A program made the position numbers and the translations under genes. The notes under the pieces are model-generated. The model saw nothing but the letters and a program-made list of their open reading frames with translations. It was not told the DNA's origin and searched no databases. Below are positions 20,897 through 30,135 of a DNA stretch of 59,669 bases, in pieces; within the stretch, counting starts at the first letter, position 1; every line of letters begins with the position of its first letter. Source of the DNA: a virus (Duplodnaviria > Caudoviricetes); IMG/VR virus record IMGVR_UViG_3300030389_003133, positions 1-59,669 of that record. One strand, given 5' to 3'.

Positions 20897-21631
20897 TTAT
20901 TGTGTTTCTAGAAATTTTAAAACTTCTATTCCTTCATCTGAAGCAAACCAATCTGCTAAATATTCATTAGGGTTTACACCAAAAGGTATAGTTGTCATTC
21001 TTTTTTTGTTTCCTTCTAAGTTGAAATAAACATCTCTCTTTTTGTTTCTAAATGCGATAATTTTATTGTCAAAAAAACTTTGAACTTGTGCTTGTAATTT
21101 TAACTTAGGGTCACTTAAAAGGTTTAAAAACCCTGAAGGGTTCCTTTTAGCAAAAACCAAAATGTCTCTTTTAAGTTCTGATGTAGTAATCATAGATACA
21201 TCTTTGTTAAAAAGAACTCTTCCTATGTTTTCCATTTGTTCTATGCTTAAAGACTTTGCTTCAACCAATGCATCTACTTCAGCACTTAGTTGAGCTACTT
21301 CTTCTGCCGCATCTTTACCGTAATCTACTTCAACAAACTTTCTTCCATTTAAAGGATGGTAATGTAAAAACTCTTGTAGAACAGGGTTTTTCTTAGAAAC
21401 CCTAAGCATACCATCTTCAAAAATAATAGGTGTAACAACAGGATTAGCGTCTTGTTCGTCTTTAAAAGGGCTCTTTTGGTTTATGGAATATCTTAGTTCT
21501 CTATTTATTCCTTTGTCTTCGTCAAAATATAACAAAGTACCTCCACGAGAACTTCTTGAGGGGATTATGCACGACAATGGTGCTTTATCTCTTGTGAGTT
21601 TATAAACTCTATCTTTTATTTCTAATTTCAT
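20897..21631 (-). CDS. Protein downstream of the capsid gene (244 aa)
   Basis: Clean ORF in the structural operon; function unknown. Confidence 0.6.
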   Translation of the reverse strand: MKLEIKDRVYKLTRDKAPLSCIIPSRSSRGGTLLYFDEDKGINRELRYSINQKSPFKDEQDANPVVTPIIFEDGMLRVSKKNPVLQEFLHYHPLNGRKFVEVDYGKDAAEEVAQLSAEVDALVEAKSLSIEQMENIGRVLFNKDVSMITTSELKRDILVFAKRNPSGFLNLLSDPKLKLQAQVQSFFDNKIIAFRNKKRDVYFNLEGNKKRMTTIPFGVNPNEYLADWFASDEGIEVLKFLETQ

Positions 21632-21663
21632 TTTAATATAATTTAATTTTAATAATTGTATTT

Positions 21664-21705
21664 AAAAAAAAGGAGGTGGTGTCTTTAAAGACACCACTCC
21701 TCTTT
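21664..21705 (-). terminator. Terminator after the capsid gene, built around a perfect 16-bp palindrome (21679-21694)
   Basis: AGGAG-GTGGTGTCTTT/AAAGACACCAC-TCCT inverted repeat followed by U8 on the minus strand. Confidence 0.8.
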
Positions 21706-21714
21706 TAGATAATA

Positions 21715-23208
21715 TTAATCTTCAAACAGTACGAAGTTGTTTGCACCCATAGTACAAACACATCTTTCTGACAAGAAGTGAACTTCCATAGCATCTAAGC
21801 TAGTAGTAGCTGCACCACCGGCAGAACCTGTTATCCAAGTTTTATATCTTCTGTCTTCTGTTTCTGAAGCTCTATATCTTACGTGTAGATATGGTCTCTT
21901 AGCATTTTTGCCAAGAACTTGGTCATACACAGATGTTGAACCTGCAGGGACAAGAAGCCCATTGATTGAACCCGAACCACTTCCCGGAGGGTTAGGTGCG
22001 GTAGCTAAACCACCACGCATTGTTGGGTCGTTTAGGTATTTCCAATCAGTTTTATAGAAGTCATATCCTCTTCTGAATCCTGAGAATCCTAAGTTAAGAG
22101 CCATTTCCTCGTCGTTGTCAAATAGTCCGTAAGACGTACCACCTGCACCGTATGAGTTTTGTGCTGCTAACATATCATCAATAGCGAATCCGAAATCTCT
22201 GTTTAAGAAGATTACATTTTCTTCAATTGCACCTTGAGCGTCAAGTCTTCCGATAATTGTATCAAAATCTGCTAATGCATCCGGCACACCGCCTGTCCAT
22301 AAGTTACCTCTATCTTGTACTGTATAGAAGATACCTTCTGAACCTTTATTACCATAGTTAGGGTTACTTGCTGCAGTAGCTGCACCTGAACCTGCTTCTG
22401 CAGGAACTGCTTCTACCATTGCAGTTTCTAAGTAGTCATCAAATCTTAGCCTTGTTTCATGCTCAGACTTCATATACCATAAATATCCTGAAGCTCCGTT
22501 TTCAGATGTAATTTCAATCCATCCGATTTGAGCCATATCAGAACCTGATACTGCATATTTATCCTTGATAATAATTGGAGAATTTTCAAAGATGAAGTCA
22601 TCAGATTCTAGTGAACCTTCCATTCCGACTGTACCTTTTTTAAATTCTGAACCATAAATAAATATTGTAACATCAGAGTTTCCTACACCTGTACCTGCCG
22701 TTACAAGACCTGCTGCTTCATAGAAAGCAACTGTAGCCGTGATTGGAGACACAGTTAAGTCAACATCTGTTACAATACCTTTATTTTCACCTGAACCATC
22801 GTTTTGGTGAACTACAACAGTTTGTCCTTCTCTTAAAGCGATACCGCCTTGTGCTGAATAAGGATTTTCACCTGTTATTACTTGACCTGCAGGACCTGCG
22901 GGGTCATTGATTTGAAAAACGGCTTCATCAGCACCTTGTGCTGCTGCTGAACCAACTTGAGTATACTTCACGTGAAGTCTACCTTGTTCTGCCCATTTAA
23001 CTAAATCTGAATTAGACGGAAGCTCTGCTCCAACTAATCTTAAAAATGAACTAATTGTTCTGTTACCATACCTCTCAAATTCCTTTTCATACGTATCAGG
23101 TAGATACTGATTCAAGAAATCAAAGTTCTGTATGTAGTTTGTGCTCAATGGCACTTGTTGTGCCGATGGCTGAAGGTCAAAACCGGGACCTGTAAAATTA
23201 CCTGCCAT
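21715..23208 (-). CDS. Major capsid protein (497 aa)
   Basis: QYLPDTYEKEFERYGNRT, WAEQGRLH, LNLGFSGFRRGYDFYK motifs; follows the scaffold gene and precedes a strong terminator. Confidence 0.8.
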   Translation of the reverse strand: MAGNFTGPGFDLQPSAQQVPLSTNYIQNFDFLNQYLPDTYEKEFERYGNRTISSFLRLVGAELPSNSDLVKWAEQGRLHVKYTQVGSAAAQGADEAVFQINDPAGPAGQVITGENPYSAQGGIALREGQTVVVHQNDGSGENKGIVTDVDLTVSPITATVAFYEAAGLVTAGTGVGNSDVTIFIYGSEFKKGTVGMEGSLESDDFIFENSPIIIKDKYAVSGSDMAQIGWIEITSENGASGYLWYMKSEHETRLRFDDYLETAMVEAVPAEAGSGAATAASNPNYGNKGSEGIFYTVQDRGNLWTGGVPDALADFDTIIGRLDAQGAIEENVIFLNRDFGFAIDDMLAAQNSYGAGGTSYGLFDNDEEMALNLGFSGFRRGYDFYKTDWKYLNDPTMRGGLATAPNPPGSGSGSINGLLVPAGSTSVYDQVLGKNAKRPYLHVRYRASETEDRRYKTWITGSAGGAATTSLDAMEVHFLSERCVCTMGANNFVLFED

Positions 23209-23234
23209 AACTTTTATTTTTTAAAATTGTTAAT

Positions 23235-24371
23235 TTACTTTTTATTACTTCTAATCTTCAAGCCCCTACTACTTGGCGTAGATATTGACTTGATTTGCAA
23301 TCCATCTTTTCTGCTTCCTACTTGTACTGCTTTACGTTCTGTCATATCGACATTTTTCATTTTACGTACAGTGTTTTCAGTAGCATCAGCTTTACCTTGT
23401 TCATACATGAACTCAGCAAACTTTTGCGGATGCATTGCTACGGCTAACGCCTTATGGTAACCGGAAATATCATTAAACATACCCGTCTCTTGGTCTACAT
23501 ACTTTTTTATAAAAGAGTTAGAATCCAACTGAGCTTGTTTTATTTTATCGCCGTCACCCGGATTGAAAGTCAAAGTAGTATCTCCAATTTTGAAATCAAA
23601 ACCTTTGAAATCTTGAAATACTTCATTGGTTTTATCAACAAACCAATTTCTTTTTCTTTTTAATTCCTCTTGACTATTTTTAGCCTCTGCTAAATATTGC
23701 TTATAACTATCAATTTCTTTTTGTTGCTCTTCAGAAATTCCAACCGTGCTTGACTCAAGTGGTTGTTTATACATTTCTTTTTGCTCATTAAGAAACTTTT
23801 TAGCTTTAGCAATAGCTTTCTTTTTTGCCAACTTAATTTTCTTAATATCTTTTTCATCGTCAAGCTCCTCATCAAAAGTATAGTCATCCATTAAGATGTC
23901 TATATCTTCTTCATCTGTGGCTTCTCCTGAAGAAATAAAATACTCAGACAAAAGTTGGTCTTCAGACAAAGTAGAGTAATCTTTGTTTAGTTTTACATAA
24001 TCTTCAATTCCTCTACCTGTTTTCTTTTTATACTCAAAATAACTTTTTACATCTTCAGGCAACTCTTCGTTTTCGTTTTTAGCGTCGAAGATTTGGTCTA
24101 CAGATGTAAAATCTTTTTCATATCTGTTTTTAATAAATGAAAGAACGTCTTCTTCCTTTAACTCGGAAGATTGAGTTGATTCTTTTTGTGTTTCGTCTTC
24201 CGACGGTACACTTTCTTGCTTTTGTGAGGTGGTGGAACTCTCGTTGCCATCTTCCACTCTTGCCACGTTAGCTGCGTCATTTTTAGATTCCGCATCTTTT
24301 AATAGTTTTTCCTCTATTTCTTGTTGGGATTTTTGTTCAGCTCCCTCAACTGCTCTTACTTTAAATTCCAT
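23235..24371 (-). CDS. Capsid scaffolding-like protein (378 aa)
   Basis: Acidic coiled-coil protein between portal and capsid genes; FMYEQGKADA. Confidence 0.65.
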   Translation of the reverse strand: MEFKVRAVEGAEQKSQQEIEEKLLKDAESKNDAANVARVEDGNESSTTSQKQESVPSEDETQKESTQSSELKEEDVLSFIKNRYEKDFTSVDQIFDAKNENEELPEDVKSYFEYKKKTGRGIEDYVKLNKDYSTLSEDQLLSEYFISSGEATDEEDIDILMDDYTFDEELDDEKDIKKIKLAKKKAIAKAKKFLNEQKEMYKQPLESSTVGISEEQQKEIDSYKQYLAEAKNSQEELKRKRNWFVDKTNEVFQDFKGFDFKIGDTTLTFNPGDGDKIKQAQLDSNSFIKKYVDQETGMFNDISGYHKALAVAMHPQKFAEFMYEQGKADATENTVRKMKNVDMTERKAVQVGSRKDGLQIKSISTPSSRGLKIRSNKK

Positions 24372-24387
24372 TTGATTTTAATTTATA

Positions 24388-24395
24388 CAAAGTTA
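24388..24395 (-). promoter_or_regulatory. -7 box TAACTTTG
   Basis: Intergenic, upstream of scaffold/capsid genes. Confidence 0.6.
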
Positions 24396-24422
24396 ATAAA
24401 TGTTTTTAATACAATTTATTCA

Positions 24423-26858
24423 CTATCTAGGTCCAAATTCAGCTAAATCAAAGCCATCTAAGCTATCCTCATTTGATTCAAACTTTTGAGGTGGTAAATT
24501 GTTTTTTCGTTGGTTTATTAATTGAGATTGTTCAGTATTCTGTTGCGATATTCTTTTTTCTTTCGCAATCTCTCTTTGAGTCTCTCGTTGTTGTAAAGCG
24601 TTTTCTGAAATCTGTCTTAACTGCTGATTGTAATTAAATTCTTGTTCCATCAGTTGAGATTTCAATTGAGCCTCATTTTTCATCTTCTCAATATCAAATG
24701 CAATCTCAGCTTGTTTCAATTGCATTTTACCTTGTAGTTCTGCTTGTTGTTTTTGCATTGCCATTTGAGCAGCCATCTGTTGTGACTTCTGATTGTTTAT
24801 AGCAACCATTTGTTGTTTTTGAGCTTCGTCGGCAAGTTCTTTTTCTGCTTTTTGTTTACGTTTTAACTTGAGTAATTGATTAGCAAGTTTTATGTTTTTA
24901 AGTTCTCTAATGTCAATTGCATCTTCTAAGTTTATATCATTCTTAGATAAAGCCATTTGTATATTGGCTTCTAGTTTAGCTTTTTCTTCTTCATCAGGTG
25001 CCACTTCAATAAAAATTCCAAAGTCATATATGTATAAATCTGATATTTCATTTAAAATAGAAACATTGTATTTGCCAATCTTGTTTGCAAAATCATCTTT
25101 GAAATCTGAATATTCTAAAATATCAGCTATCCTATAAGTAAGTGCTTCACCCAATGTGCGGTATATATATAAACTTCCATCAAGAATATGTCGAGTTGCA
25201 ACGTTTGAATTTAAAGCGGCAAGTTTCTGCAAACCAACTAAAGAGTTCGGGTCAGGTATTGAAGCATCTCGAGCTTCATTCAAGCCTGTTACAGTTCTAA
25301 TCATATTTAAGTAATGATTGTAGTTTGTAATTAACATTTGTGTTTTAGCTGCTCCTGAGTTGCTATTAAGTTGTTGTATAGGGACCTTCCCTTGATTCAT
25401 GTCTCCATCTTGAGTATAAGACCTACCAATAACGGAACCTGTTTGAAAATACAATCGTAATGCATCTTCAGGATTATAAGCATTTCCCGTTCCTAAGTCC
25501 ACTTCGTTTAAGCCATCAGCATCTATATAGACTCCGTCAGGAACAGTACGAGCAATAACTTGTTGTAATTTTAAATGCGTTAACTGTATTAAATCAGCAA
25601 ATGGAATCATTCTTCTAACTAAAGATTCCAATATGCCTTTATACATTCTTGGTGCTACTGCTACATAATTTGGTAAAGCGTGTTGGCTTGAAGACTTAGG
25701 TCTAACCATATTGGTAGCCAACTCCCACTTGAGTAATATATTAGTTCCCATAACCATAACACCGTCATACCAAACGTCAATGGTTTTTTCAAACTTTTCA
25801 AACTTACCATCTTCCATGCTTTCAGGTGGTGGATTGAATTGGTCATCTTTTTCAATAACCTTGTTATTTCCTGTAGCCATAACTTTTTTCTTATAAACCA
25901 TCTTTTGAGTGGTTTTATAATTGAAGTACAACAAAGTTACAGTGTCTCTGTAGAAAATATCGTTTTCATAAAACTGAGCAACATTATAATAATCATACCA
26001 AGATTGACTGTACTTAGATATTTCCTCTAAATCTGTATTAGTTAGAGTTGGGTCAATTTTTATTAACTCTGTTATTGGAAGAGTTTTGACTTCTCCCCAA
26101 TAAAAACAATCTTTAAAATGTGGGTCTTCTGTATAACTATAAACTATATTTGCAGGGTCTACATAAGATATTTTTACTCCTGAACCTTTTAAGAACTCAT
26201 GTTTTGCTACGCCGATTCCTAATACAGTCAAATCGTAATCAAATCTTTTTCTTAAATCTATATAATGATTTTCTTCAAACAAAGTGTTGATAGCTTCTTC
26301 TTCTGCTATCTCAATTGAAGGTTTGTAATTTAGTTGCATATATAAGGACAACTCTTCATCCGTTTCCGGCAATTCACCTTTATTTACAACAAAGGGGTCA
26401 AATCCCGCTTTCTGTTCTATTATTTCTAGTTGAGGTTTGGCTGCCATTTGTCCTTCAATCATATCTTGATACTTAGACCTTTTGGCTTGTGACATTGCAT
26501 CTTGAGCGTATGCTTTTACTCGGAATAATCTATCTGACATTCCATTTACAACTATGTCTACAAATTTGGGAATAATTGGCACCGGAGTCCAATCAAGGTT
26601 TAAATAAGATAAATCACCGTCTATGGCAAGTTCATTCTTATATTTTCTAATTGACTGTTCTCCTCTTGCGTATAACTTCAACCTATGGAACTCTCTCCAT
26701 TGGTCATAGAATCTGCAACCATTTCCATCTTTACGAAACCATTCATATTGAATGGCTTGTCCAATCATTAATCCGTATTCATCTGTTGCTTTTTCTGCAT
26801 CCGAAACGAATTGACTAGGGAAACCTGCAGATGAAATATTTATCTTTACGTCTTTCAT
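24423..26858 (-). CDS. Portal protein (811 aa)
   Basis: LDWTPVPIIPKFVDIVVNG and TGLNEARD motifs, Gln-rich coiled-coil tail; follows terminase. Confidence 0.8.
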   Translation of the reverse strand: MKDVKINISSAGFPSQFVSDAEKATDEYGLMIGQAIQYEWFRKDGNGCRFYDQWREFHRLKLYARGEQSIRKYKNELAIDGDLSYLNLDWTPVPIIPKFVDIVVNGMSDRLFRVKAYAQDAMSQAKRSKYQDMIEGQMAAKPQLEIIEQKAGFDPFVVNKGELPETDEELSLYMQLNYKPSIEIAEEEAINTLFEENHYIDLRKRFDYDLTVLGIGVAKHEFLKGSGVKISYVDPANIVYSYTEDPHFKDCFYWGEVKTLPITELIKIDPTLTNTDLEEISKYSQSWYDYYNVAQFYENDIFYRDTVTLLYFNYKTTQKMVYKKKVMATGNNKVIEKDDQFNPPPESMEDGKFEKFEKTIDVWYDGVMVMGTNILLKWELATNMVRPKSSSQHALPNYVAVAPRMYKGILESLVRRMIPFADLIQLTHLKLQQVIARTVPDGVYIDADGLNEVDLGTGNAYNPEDALRLYFQTGSVIGRSYTQDGDMNQGKVPIQQLNSNSGAAKTQMLITNYNHYLNMIRTVTGLNEARDASIPDPNSLVGLQKLAALNSNVATRHILDGSLYIYRTLGEALTYRIADILEYSDFKDDFANKIGKYNVSILNEISDLYIYDFGIFIEVAPDEEEKAKLEANIQMALSKNDINLEDAIDIRELKNIKLANQLLKLKRKQKAEKELADEAQKQQMVAINNQKSQQMAAQMAMQKQQAELQGKMQLKQAEIAFDIEKMKNEAQLKSQLMEQEFNYNQQLRQISENALQQRETQREIAKEKRISQQNTEQSQLINQRKNNLPPQKFESNEDSLDGFDLAEFGPR

Positions 26859-29101
26859 CTAATAATTTGACTTATATTGCCTTTATTGCTATACCTTGCA
26901 AAGTTAATCATAATTCTTGACTCTTTTCGTTCGGGTTGATAAAGGTGTTTTTGACAAGCCATTATAGCCAATCCGGAGCTAATTGATGCGTCAAACTTAG
27001 TTCTATTGCTTATATCAAACCGTGCCCAATCTTCTAAAGTTCTATTAAAATACATCTGTCCCATATCTCCTGAATCTTGCATACCAACGAAACTTTCAAT
27101 ATAAGATTCGATAGCAGCAGCGTGAGCTTGTTTTACATCTTCACTTGAGTTAGGTATACCGCCTAGTTCTTTTTCAGTTTTAGACAACTTTATAAACGTT
27201 TTATCAGGTCTATTCATGCAAAACCCTCTATATCCTCTATTTTTAAAATGATAAAGCAATCGAGGTTTGTTGTTTTCTATAAGAATCGGCATACCATAAA
27301 ACACACAAGCCATTAGTACATCTTCGAAAAAAATCTCTGCAGTTTGTGGTCTTGCTATGTATTCTAAAAAAAATTCATTTGTTGGAGCTTCTTCCATACT
27401 AAACTTGGTTAGTCCGTGTAAAGCTCCGTTAGACCCCACGCCTCCAACCGTTCCGCTTATATCATAGGAATCACAACCAAATGCTCCAATATGTTCATTA
27501 CCGGGATATAAAATGCCGTTCTTTTTTATTACATTATTTTGTATATTACGATTTGGGACCCAAGTAATGTTGAACCTTCCTCTTTTATCGGGGAAAAATT
27601 TGACCTTAGAATCTTTGATTCCATTCTCCCACGAAAATGTTCCTTGAGTTATATAATGCTCTGATAACATTGAATCGTTGTAATCAATTTGTTGATAGAG
27701 TCTAGTAAGGTTAAACAAAGACTGTTTGCTTTCATCACGAAAAGCGTGTGACTCAGTTCTTGGAAACTGTCTGTAATATTCATTCAAAGCATCGGGGTCT
27801 TTTTTTAAAGACTCTACTTCATTTTCCCAATAATCAATAGCACCCATTTGTATATCCTCATCATCTATACCTCTTACTATTGTTTTGGTTGAAAAAACCG
27901 GATTACCATATCTATCTATGAAACCCTCCATATTCCATTCCATAGGTATAAACAAACTATAAAGTCCTGTTTTTGTTTGACCATTTGCATTTCTTTGGGT
28001 TACATCTGAATCATAATAAAGTTGTTTGAAATTATTACCTCCTTTATTCAAAGCATTAGAAGTAGAGCCCATCATACATTTTCCGATTATCTTACTACCT
28101 AATCGTAAACAAGTTTTTGTTACTCTCCAATTGTTTAATATGTTATTTGGTTTTAACCATTTGCCACTTTCATCGTGAACTAACAACAAAAGTTTTTCAC
28201 CATCATAAGAGTTATCGTCAGTATTTTTCCAATCAATAGTTGTATCTAAGCCTTGTATTTCATCTTGTTCAATGTCATACATATTCTTTTTAGTAATCTT
28301 AGCTGCAGGAACTCTGTATGCTAATTCTGTTTTTGGTTTATCCATACCATCCATTATGGGTCTAAAAAAGAAAGGTAAACGACTGTTTATAGGTACCACT
28401 TTATCTGTAAACATTTTTTTTGCATCCGAACCTGTTTTAGATAATATACCTACCCTTGAATCTTTAGCTAACGTTCCTGTATGCACACATTCAGATGAAG
28501 ACATAAAAGAAAATCCTGAACGTCTAATTTTTAAATAAATCATTCCAAAACTTCTTTTATCAGCTTTACACGCTTCCCAAAAAATATATAACAATCTATT
28601 CGCTTCTCTAAAATCAGGATAGCCTACATCTATTTGAGTCCATTGTAAATACATATAGTGAGCTCCTGTAATGTATGTTGGTATGCCATTGTTTTTAAAC
28701 CAATAACCATACTCTCTATAATCAAATTCTTGTTCAATATAATCCACCCAAAGATTCTTAAATGTCTTTGGCATTTCGTTCCATTGAAAAATAGAATTAA
28801 TTCTACTTAAACTTTTTGGTAATTCTTTTCGTTCCCAATATTGTTCTTCTTTGCTTTTGTGTCTTTGAAGACACTTTTTAGGTGCAAGAGGTAAAGCAAT
28901 AGTTAGGTTGTTGATTCTGATAACATCTCCAATTAAACCTGTCTTTGATATAACTATAACATCATATTTAGAGTTATAACCATACAACCAAGACCTGTTT
29001 CTGTTCTTATTAGTAACTACATTCTTAGGAATATAATCAATAAGAACTTTGTATAAATCGCTATTTTGACCTTCTTTCAGCAAACCCTTGTTTTGTTTCA
29101 A
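26855..29101 (-). CDS. terL: Terminase large subunit (~748 aa; start uncertain, TTG)
   Basis: Walker A-like KIRRSGFS, Walker B LLVHDESGK, GST motif III, nuclease GCDSYD, IENN and FDASISSG. Confidence 0.85.
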   Translation of the reverse strand: MKQNKGLLKEGQNSDLYKVLIDYIPKNVVTNKNRNRSWLYGYNSKYDVIVISKTGLIGDVIRINNLTIALPLAPKKCLQRHKSKEEQYWERKELPKSLSRINSIFQWNEMPKTFKNLWVDYIEQEFDYREYGYWFKNNGIPTYITGAHYMYLQWTQIDVGYPDFREANRLLYIFWEACKADKRSFGMIYLKIRRSGFSFMSSSECVHTGTLAKDSRVGILSKTGSDAKKMFTDKVVPINSRLPFFFRPIMDGMDKPKTELAYRVPAAKITKKNMYDIEQDEIQGLDTTIDWKNTDDNSYDGEKLLLLVHDESGKWLKPNNILNNWRVTKTCLRLGSKIIGKCMMGSTSNALNKGGNNFKQLYYDSDVTQRNANGQTKTGLYSLFIPMEWNMEGFIDRYGNPVFSTKTIVRGIDDEDIQMGAIDYWENEVESLKKDPDALNEYYRQFPRTESHAFRDESKQSLFNLTRLYQQIDYNDSMLSEHYITQGTFSWENGIKDSKVKFFPDKRGRFNITWVPNRNIQNNVIKKNGILYPGNEHIGAFGCDSYDISGTVGGVGSNGALHGLTKFSMEEAPTNEFFLEYIARPQTAEIFFEDVLMACVFYGMPILIENNKPRLLYHFKNRGYRGFCMNRPDKTFIKLSKTEKELGGIPNSSEDVKQAHAAAIESYIESFVGMQDSGDMGQMYFNRTLEDWARFDISNRTKFDASISSGLAIMACQKHLYQPERKESRIMINFARYSNKGNISQIIR
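28859..28874. repeat. 16-bp palindrome copy (GTGTCTTTGAAGACAC), intragenic
   Basis: Reads CLQRH in TerL. Confidence 0.9.
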
Positions 29102-29333
29102 CTTTATTACTACTACCCAACTCTATATTTTCTTTTTCTTCTTCAATCTTTTTTAAAATCTCAAACGCATCAAAGATGCAAAGTTTTTTTGTTGCAGCAG
29201 CATTTTTTAATCTATCTGCTGCTAAATCATCTTCAGGGTCAGGTTTTATTATTTTCTCTTTAGCAACCTTTATAAGTTGCTCTACCGCTTGATGACCTGC
29301 TTCAATTATTTTTAACTTAGTTTCTTTACTCAT
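29061..29333 (-). CDS. Putative terminase small subunit (90 aa)
   Basis: Small helical protein directly upstream of and overlapping terL. Confidence 0.5.
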   Translation of the reverse strand: MSKETKLKIIEAGHQAVEQLIKVAKEKIIKPDPEDDLAADRLKNAAATKKLCIFDAFEILKKIEEEKENIELGSSNKVETKQGFAERRSK

Positions 29334-29896
29334 AATACTAAAGTTATACAGTGGTCAAACATCCTCCAAAGTTTTTCACCATCTATGTTAAACTCATATT
29401 CTTGGTTCGGTTTATAACAAACCTTATCACCTATTTTTAAACCTTCTTCTTTTAAGGTTTTATTTATTATTACCATTTCTGCCATTAATGGTTCGTTGCT
29501 GAAAGGTTTATAAATATAACTCTCTTCAGTTGGTATAGGTTTTACAAAACAATACCTATCATATCCATGCCATTTATTATTTTTTTTAAATGCATAGAAT
29601 TGTTCTGAATCTACAAAAAATATATCATCTCTAAAAAAACTTTTTCCACTCTGTCTCCTTCCATACATATCATTATAAAATTTAAAAACGTTATGATGAA
29701 CCAAAAGCGTATCACCCTTTTCAATAGGTCCACAGTAGTTAATAGGAGTTTCTAAAACTATTGCTTGTCTATTAGATGCAGACACATCTTCTTCTGAAGT
29801 GCTGATAATTAAATCAACACCTTCTATTTCTTTGGTATTATTGTAGCGATTTTTATTTAAGGGTTCAACTATAAATTGATATATAGATTTCATCAA
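29330..29896 (-). CDS. Tandem GroES-like fold protein (188 aa)
   Basis: Two halves with GroES-like patterns: FIVEP...IEKGDTLLV and FVKP...LKIGDKVCY...EFNIDGEKLWRM. Confidence 0.5.
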   Translation of the reverse strand: MMKSIYQFIVEPLNKNRYNNTKEIEGVDLIISTSEEDVSASNRQAIVLETPINYCGPIEKGDTLLVHHNVFKFYNDMYGRRQSGKSFFRDDIFFVDSEQFYAFKKNNKWHGYDRYCFVKPIPTEESYIYKPFSNEPLMAEMVIINKTLKEEGLKIGDKVCYKPNQEYEFNIDGEKLWRMFDHCITLVL

Positions 29897-30120
29897 AAGT
29901 TTATATTAAATTCTACGGACACAGGAACAGTGGAAGAAAATTCCTTCCAACATACTATAGCTCCACTTTCTTCTTCAATCCATATCTTATATGAATCAGT
30001 TTCTTCGTAGTGTTTAATAAGATGAATTTTGTAAGAACCGTTTAGAACAGACTGTCCTACTATGTAGTGCATGGCTCCTGACTTGTAGTCAGGACCTATA
30101 GATATTTTTCTAATGTCCAT
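29893..30120 (-). CDS. Hypothetical protein (75 aa)
   Basis: ORF track; coupled to neighbouring genes. Confidence 0.65.
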   Translation of the reverse strand: MDIRKISIGPDYKSGAMHYIVGQSVLNGSYKIHLIKHYEETDSYKIWIEEESGAIVCWKEFSSTVPVSVEFNINF

Positions 30121-30135
30121 TTAATTAAAATTAAA

